DNA from: an uncultured Candidatus Binatia bacterium
GTDB lineage: Bacteria; Desulfobacterota; Binatia; UBA9968; CAXXLF01
DNA length: 64,000 nucleotides
Assembly: GCA_965218425.1 (NCBI GenBank)
Contig: OZ244621.1
Coordinates: forward strand, 32,001 to 96,000
Reading direction: 5' to 3'
The position numbers and the translations under genes are program-made. Within the stretch, counting starts at the first letter, position 1, and each line of letters starts with the position of its first letter. This document shows positions 39,417 through 50,608 of the stretch, one piece after another. The notes under the pieces were generated by a model, which saw only the letters and a list, made by a program, of their open reading frames with translations, had not been told where the DNA came from and did no database searches.

Positions 39417-42323
39417 CTAAAATCGTCCCGGTTCTTGTTGCGCTAAGCTGTCCCAAAAGAGTTCCACTGGATGTCTGGCCTTGCGACCCGTTAATTGATG
39501 GATTTGCTGGCGACAGGAGATCCCAGACGTCACGATCTCCGTTTCATTCCCCGCAGCCCGTACAGATGGCGCGAGCCGACGGTTGCCCATGGCAAGGGAT
39601 AATTCGTAGTGCTCCTTTTCATAACCGAAGGAGCCTGCCATGCCGCAGCAGCCTGAGTCCACTTCCTGGACATCATATCCAGCCCAGCTGAGCATAGCAA
39701 CCGTTTGTCGTGTACCTACCAATGCCTTTTGATGGCAGTGACCGTGGAGGAGGGCCTTGCGGTTGTTCTTCCGAAATTCAAAGGACAGTCGACCCGCCTC
39801 CTGTTCGCGCAGGAGAAACTCTTCAAAGAGAAAGCTTTGACTTGCCACCTTCGTGGCGGCGTCACTGCGAAGTAAATCCGGATACTCATCCCGTAGGGTG
39901 AGCAAGCAGGAAGGCTCCAATCCCACGATGGGAACTCCCCTTTTTGCGTAACCTACGAGCCGCTCCACATTAATCCTTGCGTTTCTCTTGGCCTCATCGA
40001 GCATCCCCTTGGAAATGAGGGGCCGCCCGCAGCACTCCTTTTGGGGCAGCACCACCCGGTAGCCACCCCGCTCTAGGATTCGTATGGCATCCATGGCCAC
40101 AGAAGGGGTATTGTACGTATTAAAGGTGTCATGAAAGAGGACCACCTCCCCCTTTGAGCCGTCTCCCACAGGAAACCTCCTGTGGAACCAGTCGGTCAGG
40201 CTTTCATTTGCGAAGGGTGGCAAGGGACGTCTACGGTCAATTCCCATCAAGCGGTCCAGCAACCAACGGTGGACACGAGAATTGAGCAGCCGGTTTGAGA
40301 TCGGCGCAAGACGGGCTCCCCAACGGTTGACCGTTTCGACCCTGCCGAACAACCGGTTACGCAGAGGCAGGCCATGGGCCTTATAGTGGTGGGATAAGAC
40401 CTCATATTTCACCTTGGCCATATCCACGTTCGAGGGGCATTCCGCCTTGCATGCCTTGCACTCCAGGCAAAGATCCAGGATTTCATTGAGACGTTTTCCC
40501 GCAAATTCTTCCTTAGGGAGCTTCCCTGCAAGCACGGCCCGAAGCGCATTAGCTCGTCCTCTGGTGGAATGCTCCTCATCTAAGGTTGCCATATAAGAGG
40601 GGCACATGGTCCCAGCCAGCTTCTTCCGGCACACACCCATGCCACTACACATCTCTATTGCCGCTGCAAAACCGCCCTGCTCACTGAAGTCGAGGGTTGT
40701 TTCCGGTTCCCAAATTTCCGTAGAAGGGCTCAGCCGAAGCGACTCCGACATTGGCGGGGCATCAACGATCTTTCCCGGGTTCATCAAACCCTTGGGATCA
40801 AATGCCCTTTTAATTCTACGGAATGCCTGATAGAGGTCAGGACCAAAGAGTTTTTCGTTGAAGTGGCTGCGCGCCAGGCCGTCGCCGTGCTCACCGGAAA
40901 GGGCCCCACCCGACGCCAGCACCAGATCCGAAATTTCACTGGCGATCTTGGTCATCTTAGCAATCTCACCCGGCTCCTTGAGATTGATGAAGGGACGGAT
41001 GTGAAGACACCCGACCGAGCAGTGACCGTAATAGCCGGCATTTACATCGTGGCTTTTGAGAATATCTCGAAATCCCTTCACAAAATCCGGCAGCTTGGCA
41101 GGGTCAACGGCCGTGTCCTCCACAAAAGCAATGGGCTTTCTCTCCCCCTTCATTCCCAGCAAAAGGCCCAGACCGTCTTTACGTAGCCCCCAGATCCTCT
41201 GAACTTCCTCGGGTTCGAAGGCCTGAATAGAATCGTAACCCATACCCTGATGCCTTCGGAGAGTTTCCAGTTTTTCGATTTTCCCCTGTACTTCTCGCTC
41301 CGTGGACCCGTCATACTCCACAATCAGAATCGCATTGGGGTCTCCTTGAATGAATCCCATCCGCTTGGACTGAACCAGATTTCTTCTGGCTAAATCGAGA
41401 ATCTGCCGGTCCAGTAGCTCAACGGCATAGGGTCCCGTCTCCACGACGGCGGGAGAAGCCTCCAGGGCTTCCCAAACCTCTCTGAAGTGAATGACATCCA
41501 AGGCCACGTGTTTGGGTTTACGGACGAGCCTTAACTTGGCTTCCACGACACATGTCAGCGTTCCCTCGGAGCCCACTACCAGACGTGAAAGGTTAAGGGG
41601 CTGAGGTTTCACGAATTCGTCCAGGTTATAACCAGACACTCGGCGCAAGATCTTAGGATAACGGGCAAGAATTTCCTCCCGATGACCATCGACGATGTCT
41701 GCCAGTTCCCTGTAGATATGGCCTTCCGAGGTCTGGGATTGGCACTTGAGCGCCAAATCTTCAAGGGATAGCTCCTTCGTGACCAACTCCCTGCCGTCTG
41801 GCAGATAGGCAACGAGTTCCAATACGTGGTCCAGGGTCTTTCCGTAGGCAATGGAGTGCATGCCAGCGGAGTTGTTGCCGGTCATGCCACCGATAGTGGC
41901 ACGGTTGGAGGTTGAGGTGTCAGGGCCAAATAGGAGACCCATGGGCCTGACATAAGCATTTAACTCATCCTGAACCAGTCCCGGTTGAACCTTGCACCAA
42001 AGCTCGTCCGGGCTGACCTCCAGCACACGGTTCATATATTTGGAGAAATCAAGGACGATGGCATGCCCCACCGTTTGCCCGGCCAGAGAGGTCCCGCCCC
42101 CTCGCGGGAGGATGGGAACGCTGAATTTGTTTGCCACCTCGATAACGGCCTGAACATCGCCCTTGTCTCGCGGCAAAACCACGCCTATGGGCTCGATCTC
42201 ATACATGGAGGCGTCCGTGGCGTACAGCAGTCGGGAAATACGGTCAAAACGTACCTCTCCGTCTACTCGCTTGTGCAGTTCCAGGGCAATTTCCCGGTTG
42301 CCGTCTTTCCTGTTCGAATCCAT
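39417..42323 (-). CDS. FAD-binding / Fe-S oxidoreductase (YdiJ, GlcD-GlcF fusion type)
   Basis: YATDAS, PRGGGTS, GEHGDG, NPGK, CLECKACKAECP, HGHCHQ, CCGMAGSFG. Confidence 0.92.
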   Translation of the reverse strand: MDSNRKDGNREIALELHKRVDGEVRFDRISRLLYATDASMYEIEPIGVVLPRDKGDVQAVIEVANKFSVPILPRGGGTSLAGQTVGHAIVLDFSKYMNRVLEVSPDELWCKVQPGLVQDELNAYVRPMGLLFGPDTSTSNRATIGGMTGNNSAGMHSIAYGKTLDHVLELVAYLPDGRELVTKELSLEDLALKCQSQTSEGHIYRELADIVDGHREEILARYPKILRRVSGYNLDEFVKPQPLNLSRLVVGSEGTLTCVVEAKLRLVRKPKHVALDVIHFREVWEALEASPAVVETGPYAVELLDRQILDLARRNLVQSKRMGFIQGDPNAILIVEYDGSTEREVQGKIEKLETLRRHQGMGYDSIQAFEPEEVQRIWGLRKDGLGLLLGMKGERKPIAFVEDTAVDPAKLPDFVKGFRDILKSHDVNAGYYGHCSVGCLHIRPFINLKEPGEIAKMTKIASEISDLVLASGGALSGEHGDGLARSHFNEKLFGPDLYQAFRRIKRAFDPKGLMNPGKIVDAPPMSESLRLSPSTEIWEPETTLDFSEQGGFAAAIEMCSGMGVCRKKLAGTMCPSYMATLDEEHSTRGRANALRAVLAGKLPKEEFAGKRLNEILDLCLECKACKAECPSNVDMAKVKYEVLSHHYKAHGLPLRNRLFGRVETVNRWGARLAPISNRLLNSRVHRWLLDRLMGIDRRRPLPPFANESLTDWFHRRFPVGDGSKGEVVLFHDTFNTYNTPSVAMDAIRILERGGYRVVLPQKECCGRPLISKGMLDEAKRNARINVERLVGYAKRGVPIVGLEPSCLLTLRDEYPDLLRSDAATKVASQSFLFEEFLLREQEAGRLSFEFRKNNRKALLHGHCHQKALVGTRQTVAMLSWAGYDVQEVDSGCCGMAGSFGYEKEHYELSLAMGNRRLAPSVRAAGNETEIVTSGISCRQQIHQLTGRKARHPVELFWDSLAQQEPGRF
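42183..42265. repeat. Direct repeat copy 1 (5' part of the FAD oxidoreductase gene)
   Basis: 83 bp with 3 mismatches to 54186-54268; weaker similarity continues to the start codon. Confidence 0.9.
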
Positions 42324-42636
42324 GTTTAGCGCTTTTATATCATGCCCTACGGCAAATAGTTAAGTGAGTTTCCACAAGATTCTTTTCTTTGAAGTCCTTA
42401 AATCTTTCCTGTAGGTTCAGGTAACCAAGTTTAACTTTCAACGTCCAAATTGCTGGGAACCTGACCCCAAGTTGAAAAATAGTCGAAGTAGTGGCGACTA
42501 TGGCCACTATGGGCTGGCTGCTGCTTGACAGTAAAGAGGGAATATGCTAACAGCCCGCTAGTGTGGAGCCATGGGCCTCGATGCTCGGATAAGAACTTAT
42601 GAATAAATAGAACTTGTTAATAATAAGGAGGCATCT

Positions 42637-43809
42637 ATGAGACGGCGCCAAACGGTTCCAGCGATTGTTGTGGTTTTTTTCAGCATTGCCTTGGCCCTGG
42701 GGGCTGTGGCCAGCGGGGGGGCCGCAGGTGTCCCCAAGACTGCCGGCGAACTGGCGCTCGAAGCGCTCGTCCAGCAGGCAAAACAGGAACCCAAGCGCGT
42801 CGTGTCGGGGATGACCGGGAGCGGTTGGCGCTTTTGGCCGGAACTCATGAGGCGCTTTAATGAACGGTTTGGGCTCGATAAAGAGTTGGCGCTTGCGCCG
42901 CCAGGGGTTTCGGAGAGCACCAAAATATCGCAAGCTAAGATGGTTGTAGCCGCGGGAGGGAAGCCAGAGTATGGGTGGTACACCACCGGTAGTGCCCACC
43001 TGGCTGTCCTTATGAATGAGAATTTCTCGGTGCCAATAGAGAAATGGGAACTTTTACTTTCGGAGATCAATCCTTTGGTGAAGTCTGGTCAGGTGAGCGC
43101 CAGCAGCATTAGCCCACCATTCTACCGCGGACACGGATTTACCTTGAGCACCCGGAGCAAGGGATACTTGTACAATACCGACACGATTACGCCAGACAAG
43201 ATGCCGAGAAGCCTCCGTGAGTGGGCCGACCCGAAGTACGCAGGGCGGTATGCCTATCTGCCTTACACGACCCGATGGGAAGCGTATGGCTTCAAATACC
43301 GAGATCGAAAGCAAGAGTACCTCGATATTGTGGACCGTATTGGGAAAGGGGTGCGAATCATCAGCAGGGCGAGTGATGAGCTGAACACCCGCTTGATAGC
43401 GGGAGAATTCGATTTCTATGGGACGAATGCATGGAGTTTAATCGACGTCAAGAAAGAACGGCCGGATGCGCCGGTAGGACTCTGGTTTTTCCCCGAGGAG
43501 CATAATGTGACAAGTGCGGTCATGATGTTCGTTCCAGTGAAGAGCACTACGCCCGCCACCGCAGCGCTCTTTATACTGTTCATGACCACCCCCGAAGCAC
43601 AGGAGCTGCGGTCTCAGGAGGTGCCGAATGTGCTCTATGGAACAACAGCCCCTGACCTGAAACTAAGGGCGGCGATGGAAGAAATCGGGGTTAAGCCATT
43701 CCTTTGGATAGAATCCGATGAAGCAAAGACGTTCCTCGCGTGGTACAAGACCAAGGAAGGAAAGGCGTTCCTTAAGGAGGTAAAGAAGCGAGTCCGGCAA
43801 CGGAAGTGA
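42637..43809 (+). CDS. ABC transporter substrate-binding protein
   Basis: Signal peptide, YLYNT...PRSL...DPKYAGR; lies upstream of the permease and ATPase genes. Confidence 0.8.
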   Translation: MRRRQTVPAIVVVFFSIALALGAVASGGAAGVPKTAGELALEALVQQAKQEPKRVVSGMTGSGWRFWPELMRRFNERFGLDKELALAPPGVSESTKISQAKMVVAAGGKPEYGWYTTGSAHLAVLMNENFSVPIEKWELLLSEINPLVKSGQVSASSISPPFYRGHGFTLSTRSKGYLYNTDTITPDKMPRSLREWADPKYAGRYAYLPYTTRWEAYGFKYRDRKQEYLDIVDRIGKGVRIISRASDELNTRLIAGEFDFYGTNAWSLIDVKKERPDAPVGLWFFPEEHNVTSAVMMFVPVKSTTPATAALFILFMTTPEAQELRSQEVPNVLYGTTAPDLKLRAAMEEIGVKPFLWIESDEAKTFLAWYKTKEGKAFLKEVKKRVRQRK

Positions 43810-44013
43810 CCGATGGCCCATTGCCGGGATAGCCTGTTGAGGATTATAGAGCTCGCCGGACAACCCGAAAAATCGCACCTGGGTGCCAAGGGATTGGGGA
43901 GGTTGACTGCTCCCACCGCGGCGGTATAGCCCATGACGGAATGGATGAGGCCTAAGACAAGGGCTCCGGAAGGGCTGAAGTTGGGAAATAATTGGACTCA
44001 TGGCTGATAGCGA

Positions 44014-45822
44014 ATGGCAAGCGTGGTAAACGGTCTTAGGGTTCAACGAATCAGGGCGACGCTCGGAAGGGGCGCTGAGAAATATTCGAAGCCGCACTAC
44101 GTGCCCCTGGCTCTGGGAGGTCTTCCGCTTGTAGCTGTGGTCGTTTTGGGGGTGTTCGCGCTCTATATGAGCTTCGTTCCCCTCCTCCCCACGACCCTCG
44201 AGTGGACGCTGGACCACTGGAAGGGCGTCATTCGACCCTACATGATAACCCAAGTGCTACCGAACACCCTCATTGTCGGGTTCGGCACGGTAACCCTGGC
44301 ACTGTTCTTCGGAGCTCCTATCGCGTGGTTGCTCAATCGCACCACGATGCCTCTACGCACCTGGATGTTCGTGGGCATCGCAATCGCATTGATCATTCCG
44401 GGGTTCGTAAAATCAATGGGATGGGCAGTCCTCCTGAACGAGCGCATCGGCATCATAAACAGGATGCTCACGGCCGTCCCCGGCGTGGATACCATTCCCC
44501 TCTCAGTGGGCAACATCTGGGGAGTCGCATGGGTTCAGGGCCTGACGCTCACTCCTATGGTAGTTTTCCTAGTTTCCGGTCCCATGCGCCAACTTGATCC
44601 GGCGTTAGAGGAAGCAGCGGCCACCTCTGGTGTCAACCGCTTTGTGACTTTCCAACGCATTAGCCTACCGTTAGTCTTGCCGGCCATTCTAGGAGCTGGC
44701 ATCTATGTATTTATGACGGCCGTGTCCATCTTTGAGGTGCCGGCGATCCTGGTCGGACTGGGGGGGCAGGCCCCTGTGTTGGCGACCGAGCTATTCTACG
44801 CAGTTCAAGGCGATGACGTGTTCGCAGAGCCGTCGTTCGGTTCCGCTGGTGTTTTTGCCGCCTTGATCATGGTACCCAGTTTGGTGGCTCTCTATTTTTA
44901 TTTCAAAGTCATAAACCGGTCCTACCGGTATAGTGTGGTGACCGGCAAGGGCTATCGTCCTAGGCTGGTTGACCTGGGCCGATGGACCTGGGCGGGCGTT
45001 GGCTTTGTTTCCCTTTACTTGACCTTGAACACCGGCCTCCCGTTTCTGGCTCTTCTGTGGAATTCTTTGGTTCCCTATCAGCTTCCCAGCTGGAGTGCTC
45101 TGGACAATATCTCATTCCAACACTATCACCCAGGGACGTTATTTACCCTGTTTGGCGGCTGGTCAGTGATCCGCAACACGATTGTCTTAATGGTGAGCGT
45201 GGGCGTCGGAGTGACGTTCTTTAGCGTGATGATTTCGTGGGTAGTGGTACGGACGAGGCTGCCCATCCGGCGGCCGTTGGATATGATAGCCATGCTGCCG
45301 CATGCGATTCCGGGTCTGGCGTTTGCGTTTGCCCTGTTCGTGATTGCCTTGGTGCTGGATATCCGGATATCGTGGCTGTCGATCAGGGGCACGCTAGCGC
45401 TTCTTATTATCGCAAACCTACTTAGCCAACTTTCCTTCACAACACGGCTGACCAACGCGGGTCTGATTCAGGTGCACCGCGAGCTAGAGGAGGCAGCAAA
45501 CGTCTGCGGGTGTGCAACGCTCAAGACCATCTGGACTGTCCTCATTCCGTTGATCCGGCCCACACTGGTGTTCGCCACCGCATATGTGGCCCTTCGCACT
45601 TTCCGCGAGTTAACCATGGCGCTGTTTCTCGCAAGCCCTGAGAGCCAGGTCGTTTCGGTGAAGGTCTTCCAAATGTGGACGGACGGATCTCCAACTGAAG
45701 CCGCGACCGGTGGAGTGATGTTGATAGTTGTCATGTTACTCTTGGTGTTACTGGCGAATTTTGTCAGCCGTGGCCGCATTCTGGGACGAGCAATGACCAC
45801 CCGGCCCGAGGGGAGCATATGA
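44014..45822 (+). CDS. ABC transporter permease (FbpB/ThiP type, two repeats)
   Basis: Many transmembrane segments and two EAA motifs (DPALEEAA, RELEEAA). Confidence 0.92.
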   Translation: MASVVNGLRVQRIRATLGRGAEKYSKPHYVPLALGGLPLVAVVVLGVFALYMSFVPLLPTTLEWTLDHWKGVIRPYMITQVLPNTLIVGFGTVTLALFFGAPIAWLLNRTTMPLRTWMFVGIAIALIIPGFVKSMGWAVLLNERIGIINRMLTAVPGVDTIPLSVGNIWGVAWVQGLTLTPMVVFLVSGPMRQLDPALEEAAATSGVNRFVTFQRISLPLVLPAILGAGIYVFMTAVSIFEVPAILVGLGGQAPVLATELFYAVQGDDVFAEPSFGSAGVFAALIMVPSLVALYFYFKVINRSYRYSVVTGKGYRPRLVDLGRWTWAGVGFVSLYLTLNTGLPFLALLWNSLVPYQLPSWSALDNISFQHYHPGTLFTLFGGWSVIRNTIVLMVSVGVGVTFFSVMISWVVVRTRLPIRRPLDMIAMLPHAIPGLAFAFALFVIALVLDIRISWLSIRGTLALLIIANLLSQLSFTTRLTNAGLIQVHRELEEAANVCGCATLKTIWTVLIPLIRPTLVFATAYVALRTFRELTMALFLASPESQVVSVKVFQMWTDGSPTEAATGGVMLIVVMLLLVLLANFVSRGRILGRAMTTRPEGSI

Positions 45823-45871
45823 TCTGTCATTTCGTTCGAATTCGGGGAAGCTACCGCGGTAAGGACGAACC

Positions 45872-47038
45872 GTGATTCGCGTCCAGGATCTAAAGAAACA
45901 ATACGCGACCGAGACCGGCTTTGTAGATGCCATCCGTGGCGTCAGCCTGACCGTTCAGCCTGGTGAAATCTATACGTTATTGGGTCCGTCCGGGTGCGGG
46001 AAGAGTACGATGCTGCGCTCGATAGCAGGGCTGGAAAGGCCGAACACGGGAACGATCACCGTTGCCGAGGACCAGGTGGTATTCAGCCTAGTAGAAGGGA
46101 TCAACGTTCCCGCACACCGCCGCGGAGTGGGAATGGTCTTCCAGTCATACGCTATCTGGCCACATATGACCGTGTTTGAAAACGTGGCGTTTCCTCTTCG
46201 GCACGGGAGCTTTAAAGTTCCGAAAAGCCAGGTTAGGGACATGGTTATGAGGACGCTGGAGTCGGTCCAACTCGCAGCATTCGCAGACCGGCCCTCGCCC
46301 TTGCTCAGCGGCGGTCAACAACAGCGGGTGGCTTTGGCGAGGGCACTAGTCTATGAGCCAACCATCCTTCTGCTCGACGAACCGCTTAGCAATCTGGACG
46401 CCCAGCTCCGTAAGGAGATGCGCAGCGAAATCGCGGCGCTCATAAAACACTTAGGAGTGACCGCTCTGTACGTCACGCACGACCAAGAAGAGGCGTTGGC
46501 CATCTCCGACAGAATCGCCGTCATGGACGACGGCCTGATTCAACAAGAGGGGATCCCCGACGAAGTGTACACCTATCCCGCTACCGTGTTCGTAGCCCAA
46601 TTCGTAGGCAAGAGCAACTTCATGAAGGGTCGAGTCACGCAAGTCACACGGGACATGATCCGTGCGGCGTGCGGAAGCTCCGTCATCTCTTCTTGGCACC
46701 ATTCCGGTTTCAGCCACCTCAAGGTGGGCGATGAGGTCCAGATTTGCATTCGTCCGGGAGATGTCGAACTCCACCACAATCAGACGGCATCTAGGCCGAA
46801 TAGCTTCCCCGCCGAGGTTGAAAAGGTCACGTTTTTGGGGGGAAGCAGGCACACCATCATCCGTGCCGGGGAAATCGGACTCGAAGCTGAGAGCCATGGG
46901 AGGAGCAGGTTTGCGGTGGGAGACCGCGTGTGTGTTGAACTACCCGCCGATAGTATCAGGCTATTCAGTTCCACGGAACCTGCTACGCAAACCGCTTCCC
47001 CTTCCCAGAACGCCGTTCTTGACAATATGGAGCACTAA
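45872..47038 (+). CDS. ABC transporter ATP-binding protein with TOBE domain
   Basis: GPSGCGKS, LSGGQQQR, LLLDEP, VTHDQ. Confidence 0.95.
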   Translation: MIRVQDLKKQYATETGFVDAIRGVSLTVQPGEIYTLLGPSGCGKSTMLRSIAGLERPNTGTITVAEDQVVFSLVEGINVPAHRRGVGMVFQSYAIWPHMTVFENVAFPLRHGSFKVPKSQVRDMVMRTLESVQLAAFADRPSPLLSGGQQQRVALARALVYEPTILLLDEPLSNLDAQLRKEMRSEIAALIKHLGVTALYVTHDQEEALAISDRIAVMDDGLIQQEGIPDEVYTYPATVFVAQFVGKSNFMKGRVTQVTRDMIRAACGSSVISSWHHSGFSHLKVGDEVQICIRPGDVELHHNQTASRPNSFPAEVEKVTFLGGSRHTIIRAGEIGLEAESHGRSRFAVGDRVCVELPADSIRLFSSTEPATQTASPSQNAVLDNMEH

Positions 47039-47112
47039 CGTAGACTGGAATTCGGCCAGCACCGATGACGTTCAGAGGTGCGGACGGAGATCGGCCTTGT
47101 AAGGAGGTGGCC

Positions 47113-48324
47113 ATGCTTAGTCTGGAAGAGAACGAACTACTGACACAAGTTGGTCGCGGAACTCCGTGCGGTGAATTGCTCCGCCGCTACTGGCAGCCAG
47201 CTGCCCTTAGTGAAGAGCTGCCGGCGGATGGGCCACCTATTCCCATCCAACTTCTAGGTGAGAACCTGGTTCTTTTTCGAAACGACGGAGGACGTGTTGG
47301 CCTGCTGGGCCTTTACTGCTCCCACCGAGGTGCCGATCTCAGCTATGGGCGGCTTGAGGACGGCGGCATCCGCTGCATCTACCACGGGTGGTTGTATGAC
47401 ATTCACGGGCGCTGTTTAGAGCAGCCGGCTGAACCTCTAGAGAGCAAGTTCGCCGAAAAGATTCGACACCCTGCTTATCCATGCGTCGAACGGGCAGGGC
47501 TGATCTTCGCATACTTGGGTCCGGGAGAGCCACCTCTATTGCCCAACTATGAGTTTCTGACGGCGCCGCGGGATCACATTATCGCCAGCAAGGTGTACAG
47601 CGAATCTAACTACCTTGGGGCCTTGGAGGGCGGGATCGATCCGGTCCATGTGACCTTCTTGCACCGGGACCTTTCCCGGGCATCCGACCCGCGGACCTTT
47701 GGCGACACACCGCCTGCGATCCACACGGAGGAAACTGATTTTGGCGTTCGCATTTACATGGTCCGAAAGATCGACTCTGATCAAAACTACGTCGGTATCA
47801 CTAACTATGTTCTCCCAAACGTCAACACGTTCATGGGGCCATTTGGCCGGTCCGGATATAGCGCCAACTGGTTCGTCCCGATCGACGACACCCACTGCTG
47901 GAAATACAACTTCAACTTTGACCGGGAGAAGCCGATACCCGATGACGACCGCCGCCGCCGTCGCGGCGACACGGATGCGAATTATCACCCTGTCGCCAGC
48001 AAGTCGAACCGGTACCTGCAGGATCGGGCGTCCATGAAAGCCAAAAGCTATGCGGGGATACCCGTCGAGCACTTCCAGGCGCAGGATGCTTGTGTCGCGG
48101 AGGGGCCAGGGCCCATCCAGGATCGCAGCCAGGAACACCTTGGCTACACGGATCAGGCCATCATCGCGTCCAGAAACCTGTTACGGCGGGCCATCGAAGC
48201 GGTCCGAGTGGGGAAGGAGCCGCCCCATGTGATCCGCGAGCCTTCAGCCAACCGGCTTGACCATCTCGTGGTCCGGAGCGAGGTGCTCCCTCAGTCGGTG
48301 GACTGGCGCTCCTTCTGGCGGTAG
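47113..48324 (+). CDS. Rieske non-heme iron oxygenase (phthalate 4,5-dioxygenase-like)
   Basis: AAGGAGG RBS, LLRRYWQP, CSHRG...CIYHGW, EGGIDPVHVTFLH, QD. Confidence 0.9.
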   Translation: MLSLEENELLTQVGRGTPCGELLRRYWQPAALSEELPADGPPIPIQLLGENLVLFRNDGGRVGLLGLYCSHRGADLSYGRLEDGGIRCIYHGWLYDIHGRCLEQPAEPLESKFAEKIRHPAYPCVERAGLIFAYLGPGEPPLLPNYEFLTAPRDHIIASKVYSESNYLGALEGGIDPVHVTFLHRDLSRASDPRTFGDTPPAIHTEETDFGVRIYMVRKIDSDQNYVGITNYVLPNVNTFMGPFGRSGYSANWFVPIDDTHCWKYNFNFDREKPIPDDDRRRRRGDTDANYHPVASKSNRYLQDRASMKAKSYAGIPVEHFQAQDACVAEGPGPIQDRSQEHLGYTDQAIIASRNLLRRAIEAVRVGKEPPHVIREPSANRLDHLVVRSEVLPQSVDWRSFWR

Positions 48325-48387
48325 CGGCTACAAGACGCCGAACGGTCCGCGCAACTTTCAACGGTTTCGTCCTGGAGGAGGTGAGCG

Positions 48388-49373
48388 ATGGCAGCAACAC
48401 AACGCGTGATACGGCGGCCCAGGACCATGAGGTCGCGTCTCATGCTGGAGGTGGCCTCCGAGTTGGTGGCCGGGGAGGTTCCTGGCCTGGAGGAGGAGTG
48501 GCCTTACCACCAGGTAGACATTCGCCTTCGGGAGCAGGGCGGCAACGATTGGCGGCTCTGCTTTTTCGCGAGCGACGGCCCCAACGCCGTCGACTCCATC
48601 ATGAGCGGCGAGGCCAGCGTGGCGATCTGCAACCCGGGCGGCGTACTGTGGCTATGGCGGTCCAGGGAGCTGGGCCCTTCAAGGAACCACTACCCCTAAG
48701 GGCGATCATGGTGCTCCCGCAGTTCGACCAGCTCGGCTTCGGTGTCAGCGCCAGCACGGGTCTCGCGGATGTTTCCGACATTGGGGACCGCCGCTACCCG
48801 CTGAAGGTGTCTCTTCGCGGGCAGCGAGACCACTCGGTCCACATGGTGGCGGATCAGGTCTTCAGCGTCCATGGATTCTCGCTAGACGACATCGTCTCCT
48901 GGGGCGGCGAGGTCCGCTACGACGAGGAGATGCCGAACGGGCCGAACCGCATCGGCGCGGTCGAGCGCGGCGAGATCGACGCATTGATCGACGAGGCGAT
49001 GCCCATGTGGGGCGCGAAAGCGCTGAATCTCGGGATGCGCTTCCTCAAGATCGATGAGCCATACCTGCAGCGGTTAGAAGCAATAGGGTTACGACGAGTT
49101 GCGATCACCAAGAAGGAATGGCCCAAGCTGGACCGGGACGTGTGGACCGTTGACTTCAGCGGCTGGCCGGTGTTTTGCCGTGAAGACCTCGCGGATGATA
49201 TCGTGCACGCTTTTTGCGTCGGGCTCGAGGCACGCAAGGATCGAATCCCGTGGTACGGCGTTGGACCGCTCCGGCTTGATCTGATGGTTACCGACACGCG
49301 CGAGGCGCCCCTTGCGATTGCGCTGCACCGGGCCGCCGAGCGCTTCTGGCGGGAGCGAGGGTACATCCATTGA
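48388..49373 (+). pseudogene. TAXI-type solute-binding-fold protein, frameshifted near 48648
   Basis: One frame runs MAATQR...NPGGVL and a second continues AMAVQGAGPF...IALHRAAERFWRERGY. Deleting 2 nt from CTGTGGCT joins them. Confidence 0.75.
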
Positions 49374-50608
49374 CCGACTCGGGACCTACAGAAACCTGGA
49401 CGGGCTTTTCGCTCGCCGAGCGAGACCGCCGCTGGAATGCCGTTCGGCGCAACGCAGTCGCGGTGGGCTTCGATTGCATCCTGGTGCCCCCGTGCGTGGA
49501 CGGCAGAAATCTCCGGATCTCGCCGGAGAACTCGCGCGGAACCCGTTCGGACTGCCGCTACCTGACACAGATGGAGAACGCGGCGGTCGTCTTCCCAACG
49601 GACGGCCGCGCTCCGGTGGTGATCAATGATCGGGGGATCGGAAACAAATGGATAGCCGAGGCAAGGCCGGTCGCCGCGGGAATACGAGGTCCCCGGGCCC
49701 CCGCAGTTGCGGAGGCATTGCTCGACCTGGGAATGGAGCGGGCCCGGATCGGCGTCACGGGCTTGAAAGGGGGCAGATTTGGACATGTTCGTGCTTCCGA
49801 CGGCACGGTGACTCATGGGGCCTATGCGGAAATCCAACGACGCCTTCCCAATGCTCGCTTCGAGGATGCGACCGATATTGTCGGATGGTGCCGCTACGTG
49901 AAGAGTGAAGAAGAGATTGCGTGTCTGAAACGGGCAGCTGCCATCACGGCAGCCGGCATCCAAGAGATGATTGCCGTGGCCCGCTCGGGCGTGGATGTGG
50001 CCCTTCTGTACGCCAGCATCACGAGGCGTATGCTGGAACTCGGTAACGAGCATCACCCATGGAATCTTGAAATCGGACCCATCGGTGAAGCGCTGGCTCA
50101 CATCGAAGACCCGCCCATCGGCCGACGGCTCCAACCCATGGATCTGATCACCAACGAGATCTATGCCGTCTGGGGCGGTCTGTCTGTACAGGACGTTCAG
50201 CCTATTCTACTAGGACTGATTCCGGAAGAATGGAAACCAGTGATCGACGTGCAGGAGGAAGCGTTCGAGGCGGGGCGAGAGTTCATGCGGCCGGGTAGAC
50301 CCTTCCGCGATCTCATTGGCGTAATCAACCACGTGGGAGCAAGGCGGGGGATGCGGACTGCCGTCATGCTGCACAGCCGTGGCTATGGCAATGAGGGTCC
50401 TTACGTGAACCCCCAGGATGGACCCTCAGATGTCATCCAGGATGTCCACATAGAAAAGAATACGGTCTGGGTCTGGAAGCCTCACGCATACAGTGCCGAC
50501 GGGCAAATCTACTTCCGCTGGGGGACTTCCATCCTGGTGACCGACAAAGGCGGCGAACCCCTGATCTGCCGTCCGCACGGCATGGTCTCCATTACTGGGT
50601 ACAGCTGA
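49370..50608 (+). CDS. M24-fold (creatinase/aminopeptidase P-like) protein with non-canonical metal site
   Basis: FSLAERDRRW, VKSEEE, ITNE, HSRG, WKP, ILVTDKG; TTG start overlaps the upstream stop. Confidence 0.8.
   Translation: MTDSGPTETWTGFSLAERDRRWNAVRRNAVAVGFDCILVPPCVDGRNLRISPENSRGTRSDCRYLTQMENAAVVFPTDGRAPVVINDRGIGNKWIAEARPVAAGIRGPRAPAVAEALLDLGMERARIGVTGLKGGRFGHVRASDGTVTHGAYAEIQRRLPNARFEDATDIVGWCRYVKSEEEIACLKRAAAITAAGIQEMIAVARSGVDVALLYASITRRMLELGNEHHPWNLEIGPIGEALAHIEDPPIGRRLQPMDLITNEIYAVWGGLSVQDVQPILLGLIPEEWKPVIDVQEEAFEAGREFMRPGRPFRDLIGVINHVGARRGMRTAVMLHSRGYGNEGPYVNPQDGPSDVIQDVHIEKNTVWVWKPHAYSADGQIYFRWGTSILVTDKGGEPLICRPHGMVSITGYS

Noticed and set aside
48381..48645. N-terminus of the 330-aa ORF 48381..49373
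   Set aside because: Low-complexity off-frame translation; the plausible N-terminus is in the 48388 frame
48917..50134. 405-aa minus-strand ORF
   Set aside because: Antisense shadow of the TAXI-fold and M24 genes in GC-rich DNA, with no recognisable motifs
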